A stretch of 64,000 nucleotides of DNA from an uncultured Planctomycetota bacterium (GTDB taxonomy: Bacteria > Planctomycetota > Planctomycetia > Isosphaerales > Isosphaeraceae), in contig CAWJTV010000042.1 in NCBI GenBank assembly GCA_963845755.1, positions 32,001-96,000 of the forward strand, given 5' to 3'. The position numbers and the translations under genes were made by a program. Below are positions 54,458-64,000 of the stretch, in pieces. Below the pieces are notes generated by a model. It had not been told where the DNA came from and did not search any database. It was given only the letters and a program-made list of their open reading frames with translations. Numbering within the stretch: the stretch's first letter is position 1; each line of letters opens with the position of its first letter.

Positions 54458-54770
54458 GGTTCTTCGCGGAATCGTGTGGGTGATTTTAACGGCCTCGGAG
54501 CCATGCAACCGCCGGCCACAAGAGCAGATGGCCCCGTTCATTCACGAGTCGTCGGCACGATCCACCGGCCCTGAGCGGCCAATCTGGAGAGAACGATCTT
54601 GTTGCTGTTGTTAGATCCTCTCAAGCAACAACAACATGATTCTCGTTCTCCTCGAGTGGTCGAGATCGTGACAAGTTTGCAACGACGTCGAACGTGCGAT
54701 TCGCCCTGAAAAACAGGGCCTTTCGAGCTTGTCGCGGCACGATGTTACCCACACGATTCTGCGAAGAGCC
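54458..54770. mobile_element. Non-autonomous IS derivative / MITE (313 bp) with 26-bp terminal inverted repeats
   Basis: Left end GGTTCTTCGCGGAATCGTGTGGGTGA (54458-54483) versus reverse complement of the right end GGCTCTTCGCAGAATCGTGTGGGTAA (54745-54770), 23/26 identical. Internal hairpin at 54589-54650. No transposase. Abuts the vapC truncation point. Confidence 0.8.
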
Positions 54771-55053
54771 ACTTTTCCATCAGTTCAACCATGCGGGCGA
54801 CTTCGTCGGCCGTGAGATCGATGAGCATCAATCGCCCGTCGGCTCGCCAGCGCCACAGCGCGGCTTGCCCGTCATGGCCGGCTGCTCGATGGAGCAGGTA
54901 CATGGCTTCGGTCAAGCACGGCCAGGTTGTCACGAGCGGCTTCCGCGGCAGAAGCCGGCCCCCGGTCAGGCATCGCTTGTGGTCCCGGTCATTGCGGTTG
55001 ATGAGGACCACAAATGGACCGGTATCGGTCAACGTCGCGGGTCCAAGTAACAC
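54771..55053 (-). pseudogene. 3'-truncated duplicate of the PIN/VapC toxin gene
   Basis: TLTDTGPFVVLINRNDRDH..TTWPCLTEAMYLL. Homology to 57414-57680 ends exactly at the MITE end. The GTG start of the paralogue is GCG here. Confidence 0.85.
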
Positions 55054-55057
55054 TGGC

Positions 55058-55543
55058 TCAGGACCCGTCGTCGCTCTCCGGGACGATCTCTTGAGCGGCG
55101 ATCTCGCGCCAGGCCTCGATCACCGGATCCGGCGCGCCCGAAGCTCGCAGGCGATCCGCGACGGGCCCGTCAGCAGCCTTGAGCTCGGGGAAGGTCAGGA
55201 GGAGGCGCCGGATGTCGGTCAAATCCGTGGGTCCCTTGGCAGATCTGGAACGATGGACCATGCTCTGCACCTTCTGGCTGATCAACTCCGCGGGCGGGAC
55301 CACCAGAATTTCCTCGACTACCTGATGAGGAGGGAGGCGATCGACCAGGCGAACATCCACGAGATGGCGGTTTTGAGGCTCGCGAACCTGGTATAAGCGA
55401 TGGCCGAGTCCATTCGCCACGGTCGGAACGCGTACCGCGATGTGAAAGCGTTTCGAGAGGTGGGACCGCAATTCCTCGGCCAGTTCCACGGCCCTCGGGG
55501 AGAAGATATCGACGTCTTGTGTCATCCGCGGCTCATCGACTAG
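55058..55543 (-). pseudogene. Nucleotidyltransferase (AbiEii-like/MNT-type) gene, probably 5'-truncated
   Basis: VDEPRMTQDVDIF carries the DxD motif, followed by ELISQK..K..D..D. The upstream G(A/S)-containing NTase motif is absent, and similarity stops at a CTAG (55540-55543). Confidence 0.65.
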
Positions 55544-55745
55544 TCCTTGTCGGCGTTCGGGTGGAGGGCAATATCATCCGGGCGCCGCCGTGGTGTGGTT
55601 CCTCCGCCCGGTGACGTAGGCGGTATGGCCCACGAGCCGGTTGCCTCTGGTCAGCGCTCCCCTCGCACCGAGCCCGAGATACAATGGTCGGGCCCGACCA
55701 GCGCAGGCGCCGCCATTCGCCCCGGCCCGCGGAGCATCCCCGCCC

Positions 55746-57189
55746 ATGACGACTTCACCCGAGGATCCCGCCGACCTGGAGCTGCCGCCCGAAGTGATGC
55801 GGACCATGGGCCGTGACGTGCTGGAACGGGTCGTCGCCCATCTCGCCTCCCTCTCCGACCAGCCCGCCCGCGGCGACACCCGGGCCGAGGACCTGTGCCG
55901 GGCATTGCGCGAGCCGCCGCCCGAGCAGGGGGCCGCCTTCGAGCCGATGCTGGACTCGCTGTTCCGCGACTGGATTCCCCGCTCGTTCAACTCGGCCGGC
56001 CCCGGCTACCTGGCCTATATCCCCGGCGGCGGCCTCTTCACCGCCGCGCTGGCCGACCTGATCGCCGACGCCACCAACCGCTACACCGGCGTCTGGCGGG
56101 CTGCGCCGGCTCTGGTCCAGCTCGAGGCCAACGTCCTGGACTGGTTCCGCGAATGGATGGGCTTCCCGCCCGGGACCCGCGGCCTGCTCACCACCGGCGG
56201 CTCGATGTCCATCTTCAACGCCGTCCTGTGCGCCCGCGAGCGGTTGCTGGGCCCAGAGATCCGGGCGGGGCGCTCTACATGTCGACCCAGGCCCATGCCT
56301 CGGTCCTCAAATCGGCCCGGATGGCGGGGATCCTGCCCGATCGCGTCCGGCCGATTCCGGCCGACGATCAGTTCCGGATGCGTACCGACGCCTTGGTCGC
56401 ACAGATCAGCCAGGACCGCCGCTCGGGGCTGCGGCCGTTCCTGGTCGTCTCGACGGCCGGCACGACCAACACCGGGGCCGTGGATCCACTGGAGGCGATC
56501 GCCGACGTGTGCGCCCGCGAAGGGCTGTGGCATCACGTTCGAACGGGGCTTACGGCGCCTTCTTCCACCTGGTCGAGGAACTCCGCCCACTCCTGGCCGG
56601 GCTGCCGCGGGCCGATTCGTTGACGCTCGATCCGCACAAGGGTCTGTTCCTGCCCTACGGCACCGGGGCGCTACTGGTCCGCGATGGCTCGGCCCTCCGC
56701 GCCGTGCACGGGATGCAGGCCGGCTACCTGCCGCCGGCGGCCGACGAGGAGTTTTACGACCCGGCCCAGCACGGCCCGGACTTGTCGCGGGGCTTCCCGG
56801 GCCTGCGGGTGTGGCTGACGATCAAGACGCTCGGCGTGGCCCGGTTGCGGGCGGCGATCGCCGAGAAGAGGGCGCTGGCCGTCGCGGCGGCCGAGCGACT
56901 GGTGCGCCAGCCGGGGATCTCCCTGGTGGCCCCGCCCCAACTCTCGCTGCTGGCCTTCCAGCTCCAGCCGGTCGGCGCCTCGGCGGCCATGCGAGACGAG
57001 GCGACCCGCCGGCTGCTGGAGCGGGTCAATGCCCGGGGCCAGGTGATGCTGACCGGCTGCACGGTCAACGGGCGATTCCTGGCCCGGGTCTGTGTCCTGA
57101 GCTTCCGTACGCGCCGCCGGCATGTCGAGGCCGCTATGGAGCAGATCACCGAGGAGGCAGCCGGACTTCTGACCGAGGGGGTGGGATGA
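55746..57189 (+). CDS. Group II PLP-dependent decarboxylase (aromatic-L-amino-acid decarboxylase-like); frameshifts near 56270 and 56540
   Basis: PGYLAYIPGGG; TTGGSMS; QAHASV.K; AGTTNTGAVDPL; GAYG; LDPHK (PLP Lys); LSRGF. Confidence 0.9.
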
Positions 57190-57270
57190 AGCTGGGATGC
57201 CCGGCGCGGCGGCCGATCCCCACAGATCCTGAGAAGGCAGCGTGTCACCAATCGGCTCAGGAGCGTCGTG

Positions 57271-57682
57271 TCACGGCACCGGCTGCGGGGCGGTTCCGTC
57301 GAAGAGGCGATCGATATGGAAATCCTTGTCGAGCGTGAGTATCCGCTTCTCGCCGAGTCGCTCAGCCGCCACGATGAGCGAGGCATCGGCCATGTCCATG
57401 GGACGGTCCTTGTACTTTTCCATCAGTTCAACCATGCGGTCAACTTCGTCGGCCGTGAGATCGATGAGCATCAATCGCCCGTCGGCTCGCCAGCGCCACA
57501 GCGCGGCTTGCCCGTCATGGCCGGCTGCTCGATGGAGCAGGTACATGGCTTCGGTCAAGCACGGCCAAGTCGTCACGAGCGGCTCTCGCGGCAGAAGTCG
57601 GGCCGCCGTCAGGCATCGCACGTGGTTCGGGTCATTGCGGTTGAGGAGGGCTACAAAGGGGGCCGGTGTCGGTCAACGTCAC
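57271..57682 (-). CDS. vapC: PIN-domain (VapC) toxin; one extra G in the run near 57660
   Basis: GTG start overlapping the antitoxin stop (GTGA); MTLTDTGP..; TEAMYLL; KYKDRPMDMADASL; ILTLDKDF. Confidence 0.85.
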
Positions 57683-57957
57683 GGGTTCTCTCGCATGGTC
57701 TCTTCCACCAACCCCTGCGCGAATTGCTCGCCACAGCGCTCGGAAAGCGGCTCGGCCGAACCCTCCACAAGGCCGATATACCCGGTCAAGAAATCGGCCA
57801 GGTTCGGCTTCGGCGGCTTCTCGGAAGGCGAAGCCACGGACGGACCGAATCGCAGTCGAAGCGTGTCGAGGGCGAGACGTTCCGGCGTCGTTCCTTGTCG
57901 GCGTGCCTCCTCCGCGAGCGGACCCTCGAAGTCGGCGGGGAGTGTAATGGTCGTCAT
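57679..57957 (-). CDS. Putative antitoxin (RHH/CopG-like) paired with VapC
   Basis: MTTITLPADFEGPLAEEARRQGTTPERLA..LADFL.GYIG; GAGGAGG RBS; translationally coupled to the PIN gene. Confidence 0.75.
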   Translation of the reverse strand: MTTITLPADFEGPLAEEARRQGTTPERLALDTLRLRFGPSVASPSEKPPKPNLADFLTGYIGLVEGSAEPLSERCGEQFAQGLVEETMRENP

Positions 57958-58168
57958 TGGTCCCTCCTCACGGGATTGTATCGCAGGAGCGTGTTCTCAT
58001 CCATCCCGGCTACCGGAGCCAACCCATGAACAAGGCCAGGTCGATCTAACCTTCCATCTGGTCAACCCGTAAGGCACCTGTCCCGATGAGAGGGGCCGGT
58101 TCGATCGAAGCGAACGCCGGCTTGGGAATGGGACGAGAATCACTCTCTGGTTTCGGCCGACGGCCACC

Positions 58169-58936
58169 TCAGGGATTCGCGTTCTTTGCCTGTTGGTGTT
58201 GACTGGCCGCGTGTTCCAGCGCCCAACGGGTCTTGGCTTGCTGGCCGTCGTCCCGCTCGGCCCCAACCTCCGCAAGGAAGGCCATGAAACCGGCGGTAGC
58301 CGCAGCCGCCTGAACGACGGGCGTCTTGATCGATACTTCAAACATTCGGGCGCCATCCTCGCGCTGCCACAGTTCTCCCGTGATGGGCCAGGGCAGACCC
58401 GGATCCCTGTACTTCCATCGCCAGGCACGCATCGGTCCCATCACAACGACGCTCGAATAATCGAGTTTCTTGCTCGCCAGGCTGAGCAGGAAGAGCAATT
58501 GCTCTTCCGTGAACAGGCTGGCGACCGGTTCATTCCCGGCGGCGACCCGCTTGATCATCCCCTTGGCCACGGGCATGGTCAGTGACGCCGATTTGACCAC
58601 GCCCTTCTCACTGGAGTCGGCCTCGATCTTGAAACCGCTGTACTTTCGCCACATTGCCGGCACGGAATCCGGTTCCACCGGCCGAAACTTGATCGTGCTG
58701 TCGTGCTCGGCTCCGACAAGGCGCCGGGCCCTGGCGATGATTCCCGTCGCGAACAGTTCCAGGTCCGGCGTATCGAAGAAATAGATGTATCGCTCGTTCT
58801 GATCGTTCAGAGTGAGGCCATAGATCTGGAGCGCCGCCTCAATCTGTTTTTGGGGAATGGTGGCCTTGATCTCGACGCCCGCCGTGCCGGCCATGATCCT
58901 CGCGACCCGCCCTCGTGCTTCGGTTTCACTCGCCAT
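58169..58936 (-). CDS. CYTH-like (triphosphate tunnel metalloenzyme) domain protein
   Basis: VEIK; YFFDTPDLEL..G.IARAR; DSTIKFRP; ELW..FEVSIK; QQAKT. Confidence 0.7.
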   Translation of the reverse strand: MASETEARGRVARIMAGTAGVEIKATIPQKQIEAALQIYGLTLNDQNERYIYFFDTPDLELFATGIIARARRLVGAEHDSTIKFRPVEPDSVPAMWRKYSGFKIEADSSEKGVVKSASLTMPVAKGMIKRVAAGNEPVASLFTEEQLLFLLSLASKKLDYSSVVVMGPMRAWRWKYRDPGLPWPITGELWQREDGARMFEVSIKTPVVQAAAATAGFMAFLAEVGAERDDGQQAKTRWALEHAASQHQQAKNANP

Positions 58937-59159
58937 TGGTCTCGCCTTTCCACAAGCCGCTACGGTTGCGTCCGGACTCTGCATTCTGCGAATGTCGCGG
59001 CAGAGGACGCCCCGGGACCCCTTTCTAACCTACTTGCGTCGGATCGAGGATTGAAGAGCGCTCTCAAGAAACTGGACTGTGCATTCGACCTACCATTCGT
59101 GACGACTTGTTGCCGGATCCTCCGGCCGGGGGAAGACGTGAGAGTCTGTTCCGGTACGT

Positions 59160-59256
59160 CGAGCGGGGGGCGTCAGCCCCCTGTCTTGGAGGGCCGTCGC
59201 TCACCGGACAGGGGGCTGACGTGCCCCGCTCGCCCGGACCTGCCCCTTCGGGGACA
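59160..59256. repeat. REP-like inverted repeat plus a GCCCCTTCGGGG hairpin
   Basis: cgagcggggggcgtcagccccctgtc (59160-59185) pairs with gacagggggctgacgtgccccgctcg (59207-59232); tgccccttcggggaca at 59241-59256. Confidence 0.8.
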
Positions 59257-59298
59257 AACTCTGAGACCAAAACGCGGCTCGAAACCCCCGCGCGTCGT

Positions 59299-61461
59299 TC
59301 AAATGGATAGCGAGTGATCCTTGATCTGCTTGCAGGCCGCTTCTGCCTGCTTGCGAACCTCGGCGCTGGGATCGTCGCGCATTCGCTCCAGGGCAGGTAT
59401 GGCGTCTCGGGCATTCTTGCCCGCGAGCCCCAGGAACTTGATCGCCAGCAGGCGCACGGAATCTTGCTTGTGGTCGAGGAGCTTGACGAGTTCGGGCAGC
59501 GACCGCGCGTCCGGGCCGGTTCGCTCGAACCGGCGGAGCAGTCTCTGGAGCGTGCGGAGATTTTCCTTCTTCTCGGCCAGTGAGATGATATCCGGGAGGA
59601 AGAGGGCCGCCTGGGGGCCGAATCGCTGGATGGCCCTCGTGGCAGCCCGTCGCACCTCGGTCGAGTCGTCCCGGAGCGCCCTGGCGATATGAGGTCTGAC
59701 GACTTCCGCTTCGAGATCCAGGCTTCCCAGCGTCGATGTTGCGGCTTCCCGGACTTCGGCTTGCTTGGCTCCGAGGAGCGCCGTCAACCGGCCAAATGCC
59801 GGTTTTGCCGCGGTTCCCAGACTTCCCAACGTTTTCGCGGCGATCGTCTGAAGTTTCGGCGAGGGATCGTCCAGCAAAGCCGTCAGAGCCGGAACGGCCG
59901 CGGCCGCAGCCGGGCCGTGGCTCCCGATCAACTCCGCAGCCGCCAGTCGCACATCCGGGTCCGGACTGTTCAACTTCTCGATCGCAACCGGCAGCGCCTT
60001 TCGACCCGGTGGGCCCAGGGCACGAATCGTCTCCATCGCATGTCGCTGAACCTGAGCCTCAGGATCGTTGAGCAAGCCCGTGAGATCGCCAAGCAGTCGG
60101 TCGTCGCGTGGTGCCGATTGAAAGAGGATGCCGATGGCCTGGATGCGAATTCCCGCGGATTCGTCCTTGAGCATGACACGCACGGCCGGCACGCATTCGT
60201 TCGCGCGCGGACCGAGATGACCGATCGCGGTGAGGAAGGCGGCTTTGACATGGCGGTCGGAGTCGTTCAGCCCGGCCGATAGCTTTTGCGCGGTACCGGT
60301 AGCCAGGGGGCGAATCCGCCCGAGCGCCAGGGCCGCGCCCTGTCGGACGCGAGGCTCCGGATCCTTGATCGCCTGCGTGAGTAACCCGACCACGGGCCGG
60401 CCGATCTGTGCGAGTGCTTCGGAAATTGGATCGATGCGGCTCGTTTTCCGCCGTACGGCATCGAGCAATCGTGGGGCGGCTTCCGGGCCCATCCTGCCCA
60501 GCAGGAACGCCGCGTGGCGCGCGATTCCGTCGTTCTCCGCCGTCAGGAGCGCCTCGAGGTCCGACGCCAAGGGTGGGAGCAACTTGCGACGCGCGACGAG
60601 CAGGTTGACCACGGCCAGCCGGACGCGCTCGTCCTCCTGTCGGAGGTTTTCTTTGAGGACCGGCAGCATGGCATCATCGGGCACGGCGAATCGTGCTAGC
60701 GATTTCAATGCGGCCGTCCGGACCTCCGGTGCTCCATCGTGCGCACCATGGAGCACCGCCTGATGGACCCGTTCGTTCGGCGCCGGGAGATACCCCAGGC
60801 TCTCGACGGCCCCCGCGCGAATGATGACGTCTTTATTCGCGGTCGCGACGATCAAGGGATCGGCTGCCGATGTGCCGATTCGCCCGAGCGCGAGCGAAGC
60901 TTCCCGGCGGATCCGCTCCGTCTTGTCGCCGAGCAACGGGATCAGGTCGGGAATGGCGGCTTCTGCGTCCGGGCCGATGCGCCCCAGGCCCATGATGACT
61001 TCCGCGCGGACACTCTCCTTTCGCTCCTTCAGCAGGCCGCGCAATCCCTCGACGGCCGGCTTGCCGATGGCCGCCAGCGCCAGGGCCGAACGGTAATCCT
61101 GATGTGCCTTTTCCTGGCGGTTGCCCCCTATGGTGGTGCGCAACGTCTGAACGAGCGCGGGGACCGCCGGCGCGGCATCGTGGCCGAGAGCGGTCATTAC
61201 GTCGAGCACGGCCAACCGGACCTGACCGTCCCTTTCTTTGGTCAGCAGCTCGCTCATCACGGGCAACGCCCTGCGTTGCACGTTCCGGTCGGCCAGACGA
61301 AGCGCGGTCGCCGCAGATCGGCGAAGGTCGACCTTGTTGGCCCGCAGATTCGCGATCAGCGATTCCGTAGAATCCGGCCTGTCCTGGGCGATCGTGCAAG
61401 TGGCCGGCGATCCGAAGACGGCAACCGCCAGGAGTGCCCGATTCAGGTGACGAATCCACAC
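59299..61461 (-). CDS. Exported HEAT/PBS-lyase repeat protein
   Basis: 720 aa; signal peptide; repeated AVPAL..LL.D....VR..AA..LG. Confidence 0.88.
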   Translation of the reverse strand: MWIRHLNRALLAVAVFGSPATCTIAQDRPDSTESLIANLRANKVDLRRSAATALRLADRNVQRRALPVMSELLTKERDGQVRLAVLDVMTALGHDAAPAVPALVQTLRTTIGGNRQEKAHQDYRSALALAAIGKPAVEGLRGLLKERKESVRAEVIMGLGRIGPDAEAAIPDLIPLLGDKTERIRREASLALGRIGTSAADPLIVATANKDVIIRAGAVESLGYLPAPNERVHQAVLHGAHDGAPEVRTAALKSLARFAVPDDAMLPVLKENLRQEDERVRLAVVNLLVARRKLLPPLASDLEALLTAENDGIARHAAFLLGRMGPEAAPRLLDAVRRKTSRIDPISEALAQIGRPVVGLLTQAIKDPEPRVRQGAALALGRIRPLATGTAQKLSAGLNDSDRHVKAAFLTAIGHLGPRANECVPAVRVMLKDESAGIRIQAIGILFQSAPRDDRLLGDLTGLLNDPEAQVQRHAMETIRALGPPGRKALPVAIEKLNSPDPDVRLAAAELIGSHGPAAAAAVPALTALLDDPSPKLQTIAAKTLGSLGTAAKPAFGRLTALLGAKQAEVREAATSTLGSLDLEAEVVRPHIARALRDDSTEVRRAATRAIQRFGPQAALFLPDIISLAEKKENLRTLQRLLRRFERTGPDARSLPELVKLLDHKQDSVRLLAIKFLGLAGKNARDAIPALERMRDDPSAEVRKQAEAACKQIKDHSLSI

Positions 61462-61496
61462 GGTGATACCCCTTCAGGATGCGTAAAATCGAACCA

Positions 61497-62833
61497 TCAC
61501 GCCAACAGTCCCGGCAGGGGCTCGGTGCTGTCGCCGAAGCGATCTACGGGGACGCCGGCCTGTCGCAAAATGGCCAGTAGCAAGTTGGACATCGGCGTCT
61601 CGGGGCGGCACTTCTGATGTTGTCCCGATCGCAGGGTGCCTCCGCCCTTACCCACCACGATGACCGGGAGGTTGATGTGGTCGTGACGGTCGCCGTCGCT
61701 GATGCCGCTGCCGTAGAGCACCATGGAATTGTCGAGCAGCGTCGTACCGCCGGCCTCCTCGACGTTCATCATCTTTTCGATCATGTATGCCAGGATCTCG
61801 ATATGGTAACGGTCGATCTCTCGGAGCTTGCGATTCTTCTCGGCGTCGTTGGCGTGGTGAGAACATTCGTGGTGGCCGTCGGTGAAGCCCAGCCAGGGAT
61901 AGTTCCGGTCGGTGGCTTCCTTGGTGACCATGAAGCTGGAAGCCCGGGTGCTGTCGGTCTGGAAGGCCAGCACCATCAGGTCGCACATCAGGCGCAGGTG
62001 CTCGTCGAAGTCTTCCGGGATCCCCGCGGGCCTCTGGAAGTCGGTCCCAGGAACCTCGACCGTGGCCGTGGCGTGCTGAATGCGCCGTTCCACCTCGCGG
62101 ACACCGGTCAGGTACTGATCCAGCTTGCGCTGATCGGTCCTGGCCACGCGACTTCGAAGGCGATTGGCGTCGTCGAGTACGTAGTCGAGCATGCTCTTGC
62201 GGTAGAAGTCACGATCGGCGACCGTGGACTGCGTCAGGCTTTGGCTTCCCTGGGTGAACAGGCGATCGAAGACGATCTTCGGATTCAGCTCGTACGGTGC
62301 GGGCGAGGTCGGTGTTCGCCAGGAGATGTGCGTCTTGTAGGTCCCGCTGTAACCGAAGGCATTGCCCGATCGCGCGGACTCGCAGCCCAGCTCGAGGCTG
62401 GGAAACCGGGTGTCATTTCCGACGTGTCGCGCATAGAGCTGGTCGATGGAGACGCCGACGCGGACGGCGTCCTGCGTCTTGTACGCCTGGGCACCTGTTA
62501 GAAAACTTGCGGAGCCCTGACCGTGGCCGCAACCCTCGTCGTCGCCGTTGGTCAGCGCCGTGTTGTGCGTCAGACCATGGAAGCAGTTGAGGTACTCGCG
62601 GGCGAAGGAAAGGGGCCGGAGCGTCTCGGGCAAGTCGACCAGCGCCCCTCCTGCGCCGGGAACCAGGTCGGCAGATGCACGCCGTTCGGCACGTACCAGA
62701 AGCACATCCGGACCGGCGGCCTGGACGACTTCGTGGCCGCACGGGCGACGGCCGGCAGACTCTCCAACCACGGGAGTGCCAGGGCGGCTCCCATGCCGCG
62801 GAGCAGGGTACGGCGGGTCACGTGAGTCGTCAT
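61497..62833 (-). CDS. DUF1552 domain protein (Tat signal); frameshift near 62660
   Basis: TRRTLLRGMGAALALPWLESL; YVPNG; SIDQ; RFPSLELG; HISW; LAFQTDSTR; HHECSHH; TLLDNS; GDRH. Confidence 0.92.
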
Positions 62834-62875
62834 CTCAGCTTTCCCCGATCACATAAGAAGTTTGGCGGAGCACGA

Positions 62876-64000
62876 TCACCGAGCAACGCCCCGATTCTGG
62901 AACGCTCGGCTCTCCACGATCCCGAAAATGATGTTCTGGATTCGATAGTCGTTGGCGGCAAGCTGCTGGCGAATCTCCTCAACCGCACAAAAGTCGTAGG
63001 CCTCCAATCCTCGTCCCAGGCCATAGGTTAACAGGTTCTCGACGAGAGCCCTCGTGAATTTCTTGGCCGCGGTGGACCCGAGGAGTTGCTTCAGCTCCCG
63101 GATATCCGAGAACTTGCGTCCCCCGATCAGCTCTCCGGACGGATCGATCGGGAACTGGCCGTCTCGGACCCTCCAGCGCCCCACCGCATCGTAGTTCTCC
63201 AGGGCAAAGCCCAGAGGATCCATCTGCTGATGACACGTGGCGCATTCCGGCGTGGCCCGGTGCACCTCCATGCGTTCTCGCAACGTGGCGGCATCGGCGG
63301 CCTGCTGGCTTTCGTCCAACTTCGGGACATCCGGTGGAGGCGGCGGGGGTGGCGTCCCGAGGAGCTGTTGCAAGATCCACTGTCCCCGTTTCACCGGCGA
63401 GGTCCGGTTGGGGTTCGATGTCAACGTGAGCACGCTGGCCTGCGTCAGCACGCCACCGCGCCGCCGATCCGCCAGTTCCACCTTGCGAAACCCCTTGCCT
63501 GTAACACCGTCCATCCCATAATGCCGCGCCAAAGCCTCATTGACAAAGGTGTAGTTGGAATCCAGCAGTTCCAGCACGCTCCGATCGTATCGCAGGATGT
63601 ATGCGAAGAATTCCTCGGTCTCCTGGCGCATCGCCTCGCGGAGCGTGTTGTTGAAACCGGGGAAGAGGTCCTTGTCCCGGGCCACGCCCGCCAGCTTGCG
63701 GAGTTGCAACCACTGGCCGGCGAAGTTCTCCACGAATGCGTCGGACCTGGGGTCGGCCAGCATGCGGACCACCTGTCGGCGAAGATCGGTCCGAAGCGTC
63801 TTCGCGCGGGCTTCGCGGATCAGCTCGTCATCGGGCATGCTGCTCCAGAGGAAATACGAGAGCCTGCTGGCGAGCTCGAACTCGGTCAACGGCCGATCGT
63901 CGCGGGCCTCCTCCGGCTCGACCAGAAACAGGAACTTGGGAGAAGCCAGCACGGTCGTCAGGGCGACCTGCACGGCGCGTTCGTAACTCTCACCCCGGTC
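62876..64000 (-). CDS. Planctomycete cytochrome c-associated DUF1592/DUF1588/DUF1585 protein, 3' part (runs off the right edge)
   Basis: LASPKFLF; ELASRLSYFLWSSMPD; FAGQWLQL; RTSPVKRGQW; CATCH haem motif; DPLGFALENYDAVG; YGLGRG. Confidence 0.93.
   Translation of the reverse strand, partial: DRGESYERAVQVALTTVLASPKFLFLVEPEEARDDRPLTEFELASRLSYFLWSSMPDDELIREARAKTLRTDLRRQVVRMLADPRSDAFVENFAGQWLQLRKLAGVARDKDLFPGFNNTLREAMRQETEEFFAYILRYDRSVLELLDSNYTFVNEALARHYGMDGVTGKGFRKVELADRRRGGVLTQASVLTLTSNPNRTSPVKRGQWILQQLLGTPPPPPPPDVPKLDESQQAADAATLRERMEVHRATPECATCHQQMDPLGFALENYDAVGRWRVRDGQFPIDPSGELIGGRKFSDIRELKQLLGSTAAKKFTRALVENLLTYGLGRGLEAYDFCAVEEIRQQLAANDYRIQNIIFGIVESRAFQNRGVAR

Noticed and set aside
54771..57682. 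Duplicated vapC segments as a DGR template/variable repeat pair
   Set aside because: The mismatches are not adenine-specific (they include C/G and C/T changes) and there is no reverse transcriptase in the window.
54771..58936. Integron cassette array (TA genes and small ORFs)
   Set aside because: No recognisable attC sites (RYYYAAC...GTTRRRY), no integrase, and mixed gene orientation.
1..64000. CRISPR array, tRNA or rRNA genes
   Set aside because: No regularly spaced direct repeats with unique spacers and no tRNA/rRNA signature sequences were seen by eye.

Overview
GC-rich bacterial DNA that looks like Planctomycetota, probably Isosphaeraceae-like. The evidence is a DUF1559 prepilin, a PVC-type haem protein, a DUF1552/DUF1592 pair, HEAT-repeat proteins and planctomycete extracellular leader motifs. 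About 11 otherwise intact genes, including serA, are split by single-base indels, most simply explained as long-read consensus errors. Left to right the window holds: (1) the 5' 5.2 kb of an RHS/YD-repeat gene running off the left edge, then a cluster of REP-like hairpins; (2) a ~20 kb locus built around a divergent ECF sigma/FecR pair and a DUF1559 pilin, with a GT39-like membrane protein, a Tat-exported GH31, an S9 peptidase-DUF885 fusion, a ThuA/PVC haem protein, a lipoprotein and two TPR paralogues; (3) ACT protein, csrA, a giant HEAT protein and class V aminotransferase-serA-queA; (4) a TPR/DUF6930-like protein, a YtrA-type GntR-ABC operon with a visible palindromic operator, a B12 radical SAM protein, a G8/CEMIP-like protein and large secreted proteins; (5) a rearranged toxin-antitoxin patch with a 313-bp MITE, a truncated duplicate vapC, a 5'-truncated nucleotidyltransferase, a PLP decarboxylase and vapBC; (6) CYTH-like, HEAT, DUF1552 and DUF1592 genes. 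I saw no rRNA, tRNA, CRISPR array, transposase or reverse transcriptase. The best candidate for an under-described system is the ECF/FecR-DUF1559 locus, which has no TonB-dependent receptor in this window. All family assignments come from motif recognition by eye, not from database searches.
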